The notes under the pieces are model-generated. The model saw only the letters and a list, made by a program, of their open reading frames with translations, searched no databases and was not told the DNA's origin. A stretch of 64,000 nucleotides of DNA from the human T2T-CHM13v2.0 reference genome, Homo sapiens: the NCBI RefSeq assembly GCF_009914755.1, contig NC_060941.1; one strand, written 5' to 3'. The number at the start of each line of letters is the position of its first letter. Within the stretch, counting starts at the first letter, position 1. A program made the position numbers and the translations under genes. Below, piece by piece: positions 51,183-64,000 of the stretch.

Positions 51183-52243
51183 ATAGAGCAGTTTTGAAAC
51201 ACTCTTTTTGTAGAATCTGCAAATGGATATTTGGACCGATTTGATGCCTTCTGTGGAAACGGGAATTTCTTCACATAAAAGCTAAACAGAAGAATTGTCA
51301 GAAATTTCTTTGTGATGAGTGCAATCAACTCACAGAGTTGAAATTTTCTTTTATTAGAGCAGTGTTGAAACACTCTTTTTGTAGAATCTGCAAGCGAATA
51401 TTCGGAACACTTTGAGGCCTTCAGAGGAAAAGGGAATGTCTTCACATAAAACAAGACAGAAGCATTGTTAGAAAAAACTTTGTGATGTGTGCATTCAACT
51501 CACAGAGTTGAACCTTCCTTTTGACAGAGCAATTTTGAAACACTCTTTTTGTAGAATCTGCAAGTGGATATTTGGACCGCTTTGAGGTCTATGGTAGAAA
51601 TGGAAATATCTTCATATAATAACTAGACAGAAGCATTCTCAGAAACTACGTTGTGATGTGTGCATTCAACTCACAGAGTTGAACATTCCTTTTGATAGAG
51701 CAGTTTTGAAACACTCTTTTTGTAGAATCTGCAAATGGATATTTGGACCGATTTGATGCCTTCTGTGGAAACGGGAATTTCTTCACATAAAAGCTAAACA
51801 GAAGAATTGTCAGAAATTTCTTTGTGATGAGTGCAATCAACTCACAGAGTTGAAATTTTCTTTTATTAGAGCAGTGTTGAAACACTCTTTTTGTAGAATC
51901 TGCAAGCGAATATTCGGAACACTTTGAGGCCTTCAGAGGAAAAGGGAATGTCTTCACATAAAACAAGACAGAAGCATTGTTAGAAAAAACTTTGTGATGT
52001 GTGCATTCAACTCACAGAGTTGAACCTTCCTTTTGACAGAGCAATTTTGAAACACTCTTTTTGTAGAATCTGCAAGTGGATATTTGGACCGCTTTGAGGT
52101 CTATGGTAGAAATGGAAATATCTTCATATAATAACTAGACAGAAGCATTCTCAGAAACTACGTTGTGATGTGTGCATTCAACTCACAGAGTTGAACATTC
52201 CTTTTGATAGAGCAGTTTTGAAACACTCTTTTTGTAGAATCTG
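51183..52243 (+). repeat. Perfect tandem duplication of a 512-bp (3-monomer) unit
   Basis: Sequence from 51183 recurs from 51695 with no difference seen by eye. ORFs 51161..51454 and 51646..51966 begin with identical translations. Confidence 0.93.
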
Positions 52244-53407
52244 ATAGTGGATATTTGTACCGCTTTGAGGCCTATGGTAGAAAAGGAAATATCTTCGTAG
52301 GAAAACTAGATAGAAGCATTCTCAGAAACTACTTTGTAATGTTATATTCAACTCACAGAGTTGAACATTCCTGTTGATAGAGTAGTTTTGAAACACTCTT
52401 TTCAGAGAATCTGCAAGTGGATATTTGGATCGCTTTCAGGCCTTCGTTGGAAACGAGATAAGCTTCACATAAAAAGTAGACAGAAGCATTCTCAGAAACT
52501 TCTTTGTGAAGTGTGCATTCAACTCAAAGAGTTGAACTTTTCTTTTGATAGAGCAGTTTTGAAACACTCTTTTTGTAGAATCTGCAAGTGGACATGTGGA
52601 CCGCTTTGATGCCTGTGGTGGAAAAGGAAATATCTTCACATAGAAACTAGACAGAAGCATTCACCAAAAGTTTTTGTGATGTGTGCATTCAACTCACAGA
52701 GTTGAACCTCCCTATTGACAGAGCAGTTTTGAAACACTTTTTTTGTAGTATCTGCAAGTGGATATTTGGACTTGTTTGAGGCCTTTGGTGGAAATGGGAA
52801 TAATTTCACATAAAAACTAGACAGAAGCATTATCAGAAACTTCGTTGTGATGTGTGCATTCAACTCACAGAATTGAAAAATCCTTTTGAAAGAGAAGTTT
52901 TGAAACGGTCTTTTTGTAGAATCTGCCAGTGGATATTTGGACCGTTTTGAGGCCTACGGTAGAAAAGAAAATATCTTCATATAAAAAGTAGACAGAAGCA
53001 TTCTCAGAAACTACTTTGTTCTGTGTGCATTCAGCTCACAGAGTTGAACATTACTTTTGACAGAGCAGTTTTGAAACAATCTTTTTATAGAAACTGCAAG
53101 CGGATATTGGGAGCGATTTGAGGCCTTCGTTGGAAACGGGAATAGTTTCAGATAAAAAGGAGACAGAAGCATTCTCAGAAACTTCCTTGTGATGTGTGCA
53201 TTCAATTCACGGAGTTGAACCTTTCTTTTGACAGAGCAGTTTTGAAACACACTTTTTTTCTAGAGTCTGCAAGTGGATATTTGGAGTGATTTGAGGCCTA
53301 TGGTAGAAAAGCAAGAATCTTCTTACAAAAACCAGGCAGAAGCATTCTGAGAAACTGCTTTGTGATGTTTGCATTCAACTCCCAGAGTTGAACATTCCTT
53401 TTGATAG

Positions 53408-53758
53408 AGCAGTTTTGAAACAATCTTTTTGCAGAATCTGCAAGTGGATATTTGGGGTGCATTGATGCCTACGGCGGAAAAGGGAATATCTTCCCATAAA
53501 AACTAGACAGAAGCTTTCTCAGAAACTTTGTGATGTGTGCATTCAACTTACAGGGTAAAACCTTCCTTTTGACAAAGCAGTTTTGAAACAATCTTTTTGC
53601 AGAATCTGCAAGTGGATATTTGGGGTGCATTGATGCCTACGGCGGAAAAGGGAATATCTTCCCATAAAAACTAGACAGAAGCTTTCTCGGAAACTTTGTG
53701 ATGTGTGCATTCAACTAACAGGGTAAAACCTTCCTTTTGACAAAGCAGTTTTGAAACA
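53408..53758 (+). repeat. Tandem duplication of one 168-bp monomer
   Basis: caatctttttgcag...ggggtgcattgatgcctacggcgg...cagggtaaaacc occurs twice at period 168, with 2 differences seen. Confidence 0.92.
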
Positions 53759-56700
53759 CTCTATGTGTTTCAAGTAGATATTTGGAGCGATTTGAGGCCT
53801 ATGGTAGAAAAGGAGGAATCTTCATATAAAAACTAGACAGAAGCATTCTCAGAAACTGCTTCGTGATGTGTGCATTGAACTCACAGAGTTGAACCTTCCT
53901 TTTGATAGAGCACTTTTGAAACACTCTTTTTGTAGAGTCTGCAATTTGATATATGGAGCGCATTGAGGACTATGGTAGGAAAGGAAATTTCTTCATATAA
54001 AAATTAGACAGAATCATTCTCAGAAACTACTTGGCGATGTTTGCACTCAACTCACAAAGTTGAACATTCCTTTTGATAGAGCACTTTTGAAACACTCTTT
54101 TTGTGGAAAAAGGAAGTGGTTATTTGGAACCCTTTAAGGCATACCGTGGAAACGGGAATATCATCATATAAAAACTACACAGAAGCATTCTCAGAGACTT
54201 CTTTGTGATGTGTGCATTCAAATCACAGAATTGAACCTTCCTTTTCATAGAAGAGTTTTGAAACAAACTTTTTGTATAATCTGCTAATGGATATTTGGAG
54301 CGCTTTTTGGCCTATGGTAGTAAAGTAAATATCTTTATATAAAAACTAGACAGAAGCATTCTGAGAAAGTCCTTTGTGATGTGTGCATTCAACCCACAGA
54401 GATGAACATTCCTTTTGAAAGAGCTGTTTTGAAACACTCTTTTTTTAGAATCTGCAAGTGGATATTTGGGCCGCTTTAAGGCTTTGGTTGGAAAAGGGAA
54501 TAGCTTCACATAAAAAGGAGACAGAAGCATTCTAGGAAACTTCTTTCTGATGTGTGCATTCAACTCACAGAGTTGAATATTCTTTTTGACAGAGCAGTTT
54601 TGAAACACTCTCTTTGTAGAATCTGCAAGTGGACATTTGGAGTGCTCTGAGGCCTGTGGTGGAAAAGGAAATATCTTGACATAGAAACTAGACAGAAGCA
54701 TTCTCCAAAACTTCTTTGTGATGTGTGCATTCAACTCACAGAGTTGAACCTTCCTTTTGATAGAGCAGTTTTGAAACACTCTTTTTGTAGAATCTGCAAG
54801 TGGATATTTGGACTGCTTTGAGGCCTATGGTAGAAAGGAAATATCTTCATATAAAAACTAAAGAGAAGCATTCTCAAGAACTAATGTGTAATGTTTGCAT
54901 TCAACTCACAGAGTTGAACATTCCTTTTGATAGAATCGTTTTGAAACACTCTTTTTCTAGAATCAGCTAGTGGATATGTGGACCGCCTTGAGGCCTTTGT
55001 TGGAAACCAGATTAGCTTCACATAAAAAGTAGACAGAAGCATTCTCAGAAGCTTTTTGTGATGTGTGCGTTCAACTCACAGATTTGAACCTTGCTTTTGA
55101 TAGAGCAGGTTTGAGACACTCTTTTTGTAGAATCTCCAATGGATATTTGGAGTGCTTTGAGGCCTTCGTTGGAAACGGGGATATCTTCCCTTAGAAACTA
55201 GACAGAAACATTCTCAGAAACTTATTTGTGATGTGTGCATTCAACTCACAGAGTTGGACCTTTTTTTGATAGAGCAGTTTTGAAACGCTGTTTATGTAGA
55301 ATCTGCAGGTGGATATTTAAAGAGCTTTGAGGCATGTGGAGGGTAAGGAAATATCTTCACATAAAAAGCAGACAGAAGCATTCTCAGAAACTCCTTTGTG
55401 ATGTGTGCATTCAACTCACAGAGTTGAACCTTTCTTTTCATAGAGCAGTTTTGTAACACTCTTTTTTTAGAATCTGCAAGTGGACATTTGGAGGTCTTTG
55501 AGGGATTTGGTGGAAAAGGAAATATATTCCCATAGAAACTAGACAACAGAATTGTCAGAAAATTATTTGTGATGTATGGATTCAACTCACAGAATTGAAC
55601 CTTCCTTTTGATAGAGCAGTTTTCAAACACTCTTTTTGTAGAATCTTAAAGCGGATATTTGGAGCGCTTTGAGGCCTATGGTAGAAAAGGAAATATCTTC
55701 ATATTAAAACTAGACAGAATCATTCTCAGAAACTACTTTGGATGTTTGCATTCAACTCACAAAGTTGAACATTCCTGTTGATAGAGCAGTTTTGAAACAC
55801 TTTTTTTTTAGAATCTGGAAGTGGATATTTGGAGCGCTTTGAGGCCTATGATGGAAACGGGAATATCGTCACATAAAAACTAGACAGAAGCATTCTCAAA
55901 AACTGTTTTGTGATGTTTGCATTCAACTCAGAGAGTTGAACCTTCCTTTTGATAGAGCATTTTTGAAACAATCTTTTGGTAGAATCTGCAAGTAGATATT
56001 TGGAGTGCTTTGAAGTCTATGGTAGAAAAGGATATATCTTCATATATAAACTAGACAGAAGCATTCTCAGAAACTTCTTTGTTATGTGTGCATTCAACTT
56101 ACAGAGTTGAACATTTCTTTTGATAGAGCACTTTTGAAACACTCTTTTTGTAGAATCTGCAAGTGGATATTTGGAGCACTTTGAGGCCTGTGGTAGAAGT
56201 GGAAATATCTTCACATAGAAACTAGTCAGAAGCATTCTCAGAAACTTATTTTTGATGTTCGCATTCAACTCACAGAGTTGAATATCCCTTTTCATAGAGC
56301 AGTTTTGAAACACTCTTTTTGTAGAATCTGCAACTGGATATTTGGACAGCTTTGACGCCTCCTGTGGAAACGGGAATATCTTCACATAAAAACTAGACAG
56401 AAGAATTGTCAGAAATTTCTTTGTGACTTGTGCAATCAACTCACAGAGTTGAAATTTCCTTTTATTAGAGCAGTGTTGAAACACTCTTTTTGTAGAATCT
56501 GCAAGTGAATATTTGGAACACATTGAGGCCTTTGGAGGAAAAGGGAATGTCTTCACATCAAAAGAAGACAGAAGCATTGTCAGAAACAACTCTGTGATGT
56601 GTGTATTCAACTCGCAGAGGTGAACCTTCCTTTTGATAGAGCAGTTTTGAAACACTCTTTTTGTAGAATCTGCAAGTGGATATTTGGAGCGCTTTGGGGC

Positions 56701-59700
56701 CTGTGGTGGAAAAGTAAGAACCTTCATATAAAAGCCAGAGAGAAACAATCTCAGAAACAACTTTGTGATGTCTGCCTTCAACCCCCAGAGTTGAATATTC
56801 CTTTTGATAGAGCAGTTTTGAAAAACTCTTTTTGCAGAATCTGCAAGTGGATATTTGGACCGCTTAGAGGTCTTCGTTGGAAACGGGAATATCTTCACAG
56901 AAAAAGTAGACAGAATCATTCTCAGAAACTCCTTTGTGATGTGTGCATTTAACTCACAGAGTTAACCCTTTCTTTTGGTAGAACAGTTTTGAAACACTGT
57001 TTTTGTAGAATCTTCAAGTGGTCATTTGGCGCACTTTGAGGCCTGTTGCTTAAAAGGAAATATCTTCACATAGAAACTAGAGAGAAGCATTCTCAGAATC
57101 TTCATTGTGATGTCTGCACTCAACTCACAGAGATGAACCATCCTTTTGATAGAGCACTTTTGAAACACTCTTTTTGTAGAATCTGCAAGTGGATATTTGG
57201 AGGGTTTTGAGGCCTGTGGTGGAAACGGAAATATCTTCAACTAGAAACTAGCAAGAAGCATTCTCAGAAAATTCTTTGTGATGTGTGCATTCAACTCACA
57301 GAGTTGAACCTTTCTTTTGATAGTGCAGTTTTGAAACACTCTTTTGTTACAATGTTCAAGTGTATATTTTGTGCGCTTTGAGGCCTATGGTGGAAAAGGA
57401 AATATCTTCACATAAAAACTACTCGAAAGCAGTCTCAGAAACTACTTTGTGATGTGTGCATTCAACTCACAGAGTTGAACCTTACTTTTTATAGTGCAGT
57501 TTTGAAACACTGTTTTTACAATACCTGCAAGTGGATATTTGGACCGCCTTGAGACCTTCGTTGGAAACAGGAACATCTTCACATAAAAAGTAGACATAAG
57601 CATTCTCAGAAACTTCTTTCTGATGTGTGCATTCAAGTCATAGAGTTGAACCTTTCTTTTGATAGAGCAGTTTTGAAACACTTTTGTTGTGGAATCTGCA
57701 AGTGGACATTTGTAGCACTTTGAGGCCTGTGGCAGAAAAGGAAATATCTTCACATAGAAACTAGGCAGAAGCATTCTCAGAAAAGTCTTTGTGATGTGTG
57801 CATTCAACTCACAGACTTGAACATTCCTTTTGATAGAGCAGTTTTGAAACATTCGTTTTGTAAAATCTGCAAGTGGATATTTGGAGCCCTTTGAGTTCAA
57901 CGGTGGAAACGGGAATATCCTAACATAAAAGCTAGAAAGAAGCATTCTAAGAAACCTCTTTGTGATGTGTGCATTGAACTCCCAGAGTTGAACCTTTCTT
58001 TTGATAGAGCAGTTTTGAAACACTCTTTTTGTAGAATCTAGAAGTGGATATTTGGAGTGCTTTGAGGCCTATTTTAGAGAAGGACATATCTAAATATGAA
58101 AACTACACAGAAGCATTCTCAGAAACTACTTTGTGATGTTTACATTCAACTCACAGAGTTGAAGATTCCTTTTGATAGAGCAGTTATGAAACATTCTTTT
58201 TGTAGAATCTGCAAGTGGATATTTGGAGCTCTTTGAGGTCTTCGGAGGAAACGGGAATATCTTCTCATAAAAATAGACAGAAGTATTCTCAGAAACTTCT
58301 TTGTGATATGTGCTTACAACTCACACAGTTGAACCTTCTTTTTGATAGGGCAGTTTTGAAGCACTCTTTTTGTAAAATCTGGAATTTGATATTTGGAGCG
58401 CTTTGAGGCCTCCGTTGGAAATGGAAATATCTTCACATATAAACTAGACAGAATCATTCACACAAACTTGTTTGTGATGTGTGCATTCATCCCACAGCGT
58501 TGAACCTTCCTTTTGAGAGAGCAATTTGAAACACTCTTTTTGTAGAATATGCAAGTTTGTATTTGTAGCGCTTTGAGGCCCATGGTAGAAAAGCATGAAT
58601 CTTCATATAAAAACCAGACAGAAGCATTCTCAGAAACTACTTTGTGATATTTGCATTCAACTCACAGAGTTGAACATTCCTTTTGATAGAGCAGGTTTGA
58701 AACACTGTTTTTGCAGAATCTGCAAGTGGACATTTTGTCCTCTTTGAGTCCTTTGTTGGAAACGGGAATATTTTCACATAAAAAGTAGACAGAAACATTC
58801 TCAGAAACTTCGTTGTCTTGTGTGCATTCAACTCACAGAGTTGAACTTTTCTTTTAAAGAGCAGTTTTGAAACACTCTTTTTGTAGAATCTGTAAGTGGA
58901 CATTTGGAGCACTTTCAGGCCTGTGGAGGAAAAGGAAATCTCTTCACATAGAAACTAGACAGAAGCATTCTCAGAAAATTCTTTGTGATATGTGCATTCA
59001 ACTCAGAGAGTTGAACCTTCCTTTTGGTAGAACAGTTTTGAAACGCTCTTTTTCTAGAATCTGCAAGTGGAAATTCGGAGTGCTTTGAGCCTATGGTAGA
59101 AAAGGAAATATCTTCATAAAAAAACTTGACAAAAGCATTCTCAGAAACTACTTTGTGATGTTTGCATTCAACTCACAGAGTTGAGCATTCCTTTGGATAG
59201 AGTAATTTTGAAACTATCTTTTTGTAGAATCTGGAAGTGGATATTTGGAGCGCTTTGAGGCCTACCGTGGAAAAGGGATAATCTTCACATAAAAACTACA
59301 CAGAAGCATTCTGAGAAACTTCTATGTGATGTGTCCATTCAACTCACAGGGTTGAACCTTCCTTTTGATACAGCAGTTTTGAAACACTCTTTTTGTAGAA
59401 TCTGCAAGTGGATATTTGGACCGATTTGAGGCCTAAGGTTGAAAAATGATATATCTTCATACAGAAACTAGACAGAAGCATTCTCAGAAACTACTTTGGG
59501 ATGTGTGCATTCAACTCACAGAGTTGAACCTTCCTTTTGATAGAGCAGTTTTGAAACGCTCTTTTTGTAGGATCTGCAAATGGACATTTGGATCACTTTG
59601 AGGCCTGTTGTGTAAAAGGATATATCTTCACGTAGAAACTAGACAGAGGCATTCTCAGAAACTTGTTTGTGATGTGTGCATTCAACTCACAGAGTTGAAC

Positions 59701-60720
59701 ATTCCTTTTGATATATCAGTTTTGAAACACTCTTTTTGTAGAATCCACCATTGGATATTTTGACCGCTTTGAGGCCTTCCTTGGAAACGGTAATTTCTTC
59801 ACATAAAAAGAAGACAGAAGAATTCTCAGAAACGTTTTTGTGATGTGTGCATTCAACTCACAGACTTAAACCTTTCTTTCGCTAGAGCAGTTTTGATACG
59901 GTCTTTTTTTAGAATCCGGTAGTGGACGTTCGTAGCGTTGTGAGGCCTGTCGTGGAAAAGGAAATATCTTCACATAGAAACTAGACAGAAGCATTCTCAG
60001 AAACTTCTTTGTGATGTGTGCATTCAACTCAGAAAGATAAACCTTCATTTTGATAGAGCAATTTTGAAACCCTCCTTTTGTAGAATGTGCAAGTGGAGAT
60101 TTGGAGCGCTTTGAGGCCTATGGTCAAAAAGGAAATATCTTCATATAAAAACTAGAAAGAAGCATTCTCAGAAACTACTTTGTGATTTTTGCATTCAACA
60201 CACAGAGTTGAACATTTCTTTTGATAGAGCAGTTTTACAACACTCTTTTTGTAGAATCTGGAAGTGGATTTTTAGAGCGCTTTGAGGCCAATGGTAGAAA
60301 AGGATATATATTCATATAAAAACTAGACAGAAGCATTGTTAGAAACTGCTTTGTGATGTGTGCACTCAACTCAAAGAGTTGAACCTTTCTTTTGGTAGAG
60401 TAGTTTGGAAACACTCTTTTTGTATAATCTGCAAGTGGATATTTGGACCGCTTTGAGGTCTTCACTGGAAACGGGTATATCTTCACATAAACACTAGACA
60501 GAAGCATTCTCAAAAACTTCTTTGTGATGTGTACATTCAACTCACAGAGTTGAACCTTTCTTTTGATAGAGTAGTTTTGAAACACTCTTTTGAAGAATAT
60601 GAAAGTGGATATTTCGAGCGCTTTGAGTCCTGTGTTGGAAAAGGAAGTATCTTCACATAGAAACTGGACAGAAGCATTCTCAGAAACTTCTTTGTGATGT
60701 GTGCATTCAACTCACTGAGT

Positions 60721-63700
60721 TAAAATTTTCTTCTCATTGAGCAGTTTTGAATCTTTCTTTTTGTACAATTTGCAAGGGGATATTTGGAGCCCTTTGCGGC
60801 CTCTGGTGGAAAGGATATATCTTCAAAGAAAAAGTACACAGAAACATTCTGAGAAACTGCTCTGTGATGTGTGCATTCATCTCACAGGTTTGAACCTATC
60901 TTAGGATTGTGCATTTTTGAAACACTCTTTTTGTATAATCTGTAAGTGGATATTTGGAGAACTTTGAAGCCCACCACGGTAAAGCAGATATCGTCACGTA
61001 AAAAGTACACAGAAGCATTGTGTGAAACTACTTTGAGATGTGTGGATACATCTCACAGGGTTGAACCTATCTTATGATTGAGCAGTTTTGAAACACTCTT
61101 TTTTTAGAATCTGTAAGTGGACTTTAGGAGTGCTTTGAGGCCCTCTGTGGAAAAGCAAATATCTTTAGATAAAAACTATGCAGAAGCATTCTGAGAAACT
61201 TCTTTGTGATGTGTGCCATCATCTCACAGGGTTCAACATTTGTTTTGATTGAGCAGTTTTGAAACACCCTCTTTGTAGAATCTCCAAGTGGATATTTGGA
61301 GTCCTTTGAGGCCTATTGTGGAAAAGGAACCATCCTCACATAAAAACTACACAGCAGCATTCTGAGAAACTTCTTTGTGAGGTATGCATTCAACTCACAG
61401 AGTTGAAATTTTCTTGTCATTGAACAGTTTTGAATCTCTCTTTTAGTAGAATCTACAAGTGGATGTTTGGAGAGTTTCGAGTCCTATTGTGGAAAAGGCA
61501 ATATCTTCACATAAAAACTACACAGAAGCATTATGAGAAACTTCTTCGTGATGCGTGCATTCAACTCAAAGAGTTGAACATATCTTTTGATTGAGCAGTT
61601 TTGAATCCCTCTTTTTGTGGAATCTGAATGTGGATGTTTGGAGCCCTTTGAGGCCTACTGTGGAAAAGCAAATGTCTTCACATAAAAACTACACAGAAGC
61701 ATTCAGAGAAACTTTTTTGTGATGTGTGAATTCAACTCACAGAATTGAACCTATCTTTTGATTGAGCAGTTTTGATTCTCTCTTTTTTTAGAATCTGCAA
61801 GTGGATATTTTGTGCGCTGTGAGGCCTACTGTTTAAAATCAAATATGTTCACATAAAAACTACACAGAAGCATTCTGAGAATCTTCTTTGTGATGTGTGC
61901 ATTCAACTCACAGAGTTGAACCTATCTTTTGATTGAGCAGTTTCGAATCTCTCTTTTTGCAGAATCTGCAAGTGGATGTTTGGAGAGCTTTTTTGCCTAT
62001 TGAGGAAAAGAAAATATCTTCACATAAAAACTACATGGAAGCATTTTGAGAAACTTCTTTGTTAGGTATGCATTCAACTCACAGAGTTGAACCTATCTTT
62101 TGATTGAGCAGCTTAGAATCTCTCTTTTTGTAGAATCTGCAAGTGGATATTTAGATCCCTCTGTGCCCTATGGTGGAAAAGGAAACATCTTCAAATAAAA
62201 ACTGCACAGAAGCATTCTCAGAAACTTCTTCGTGATGTGTGCATTCAACTCACAGAGTTGAACATATCTTTTTATTGAGCAGCTTTGAATCTCTCTTTTT
62301 GTAGAATCTGCAAATGGATATTGGGAGCACTCTGAGGCCTACTGTGGAATATCAAGCATGTTCACATAAAAACTACACAGAATCATTCTGAGAAACTTCT
62401 TTGTGATGTGTGCATTCAACTCACAGACTTGAACCTATCTTTTGATTGAGCAGTTTAGAATCTCTCTTTTTGTTGAATCTGCAAGTGGATGTTGGGAGCC
62501 CTTTGCGCCCTAGGGTGGAAAAGGAAATATCTTCAAATAAAAACTACACAGAAGCATTCTCAGAAACTTCTTCGTGATGTGTGCATTCAACTCACAGAGT
62601 TGAACCTATCTTTTGATTGAGCAGTTTTGAATCTCTATTTTGCAGAATCTGCAAGTGAATGTTTGGAGAGCTTTGAGGCCTATTGTGGAAGAGCAAAAAT
62701 CTTCACCTTAAAACTTCACAGAAGCATTCTGAGAAGCTTCATTGTGAGCTGGGCCTTCAACTCACAGAGTTGAACTTATCTTCTCATTGAGCAGTTTTGA
62801 AACTCTCTTTTTGTAGAATCTTCAAGTGGATATTTGGAGCCCTTTGCGCCCCATGGTGGAATAGGAAATATCTTCAAATAAAAACTGCACAGAAGCATCC
62901 TCAGAAACTTTTTTGAGAGGTGTGCCTTCAACTCACAGAGTCGAACTTATCTTCTCATTGAGCAGTTTTGAATCTCTTTTTTTGTAGAATCCACAAGAGG
63001 ATATTTGGAGCCCTTTGCACACTATGGTGGAAAAGGAAATATCTTCAAATAAAGACTATACAGAAGCTTTCAGAGGAACTTATTTGTGATGTATGCATTC
63101 AACTCACAGAGTTGAACTTTTCCTTTGATTGAGCAGTTTTGGATCTCTCTTTTTGTAGAATCTGCAAGTGGATATTTGGAACATTGTGAGGCCTACTCTT
63201 AAAATCAAATATTTTCACATAAAATCTACACAGAAGCATTCTGAGAAACTCCTCTGTGATGTGTAAATTCAACTCACAGAGTTGAACCTATCTTTTCATT
63301 GAGCAGTGTAGAATCTCTCTTTTTGCAGAATCTGCCAGTGGATATTTGGAGCCCTTTGAGGACTACCGTGGAAGAGCAAGTATCTTCACATAAAAACTAC
63401 ACAGAAGCATTCTGAGAAACTTCTTTGGGATGTGTGCATTCAACTCACAGAGCTGAAATTATCTTTTGATTGAGCAGTTTGGAATCTCTCTTTTTGCAGA
63501 ATCTGCAAGTGGATATTTGGAGCCCCTTGTGGCCTATTGTGGAAAAGGAAATATCTTCAAATAAAAACTACATAGAAACATTCTGAAAAACTTATTTGTG
63601 ATGTGTGCATTCATCTCACAGGGTAGAACCTATCTTATGATTGAGCAGTTTTGAAACACTCTTTTTCTAGAATCTGCAAGTGGATATTTGGAGCGCCTTG

Positions 63701-64000
63701 AGGCATACCGTGGAAAAGCATATTTCTTCAGGTAAAAACTACACAGAAGAATTCTGAGAAACTTCTTTGTGCAGTGTGCATTCATCTCACAGAGTTGAAC
63801 CTCTCTTTTGATTGAGCAGTCTTGAAACACTCTTTTTGTAGAATCTGCAAGTGGATATTTGGAGCCCTTTGAGTCCTACGGTGGAAAAGGAAATATCTTC
63901 ACATTAAAAACTACTCGGAAGCATTCTGAGAAACTTCTTTGTGATGTATGCATTCAACTCACAGAGTTGAACCTATCTTTTGATTGAGCAGTTTTGAATC
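60721..64000 (+). repeat. Alpha satellite, layer C (A-type only, SF4/M1-like older monomeric layer)
   Basis: Abrupt switch to gattgagcagttttgaatctctc, cattctgagaaac, aaaactacacag and gaacctatc. No CENP-B-box-like sequence seen. Confidence 0.88.

Larger units (their letters stand above)
50517..60720 (+). repeat. Alpha satellite, layer B
   Basis: Tandem 171-bp monomers; canonical CENP-B boxes at 53125 and 56872. The right boundary is approximate. Confidence 0.95.

Noticed and set aside
56017-56919. 300-aa minus-strand ORF and dozens of similar 'FQNCSIKRKVQLCELNAHITKKFLRMLLS' ORFs
   Set aside because: 171 bp equals 57 codons, so a stop-poor frame of alpha satellite repeats in phase. These are satellite read-through, not genes.

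Overview
Primate (most likely human) pericentromeric DNA. About 53 kb is divergent, mostly monomeric ~171-bp alpha satellite, all in one orientation. It falls into three layers: 1-~5110 and ~5110-~60720 (mixed CENP-B-box 'B' and pJalpha 'A' monomers, SF5/R1-R2-like) and ~60720-64000 (A-type only, SF4/M1-like, older). Seven retrotransposon insertions interrupt the array: five 5'-truncated L1PA2/L1PA3-like LINE-1 copies (two with 5' inversions) and two Alus (one full-length AluY/Sc-like, one very young truncated AluYa5-like). There are no host protein-coding genes. The ORF track is satellite read-through plus L1/Alu remnants. I see no new 'biological system'. The notable observations are structural or evolutionary: mosaic shared variants among neighbouring L1 copies, an L1 inversion lacking ~1.75 kb that carries a short extra 3' tail and (CA)20, recurrent insertion at the same monomer positions, a perfect 3-monomer tandem duplication, and several fossil multi-monomer duplications. 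Subfamily calls rest on remembered consensus sequences and need an alignment check.
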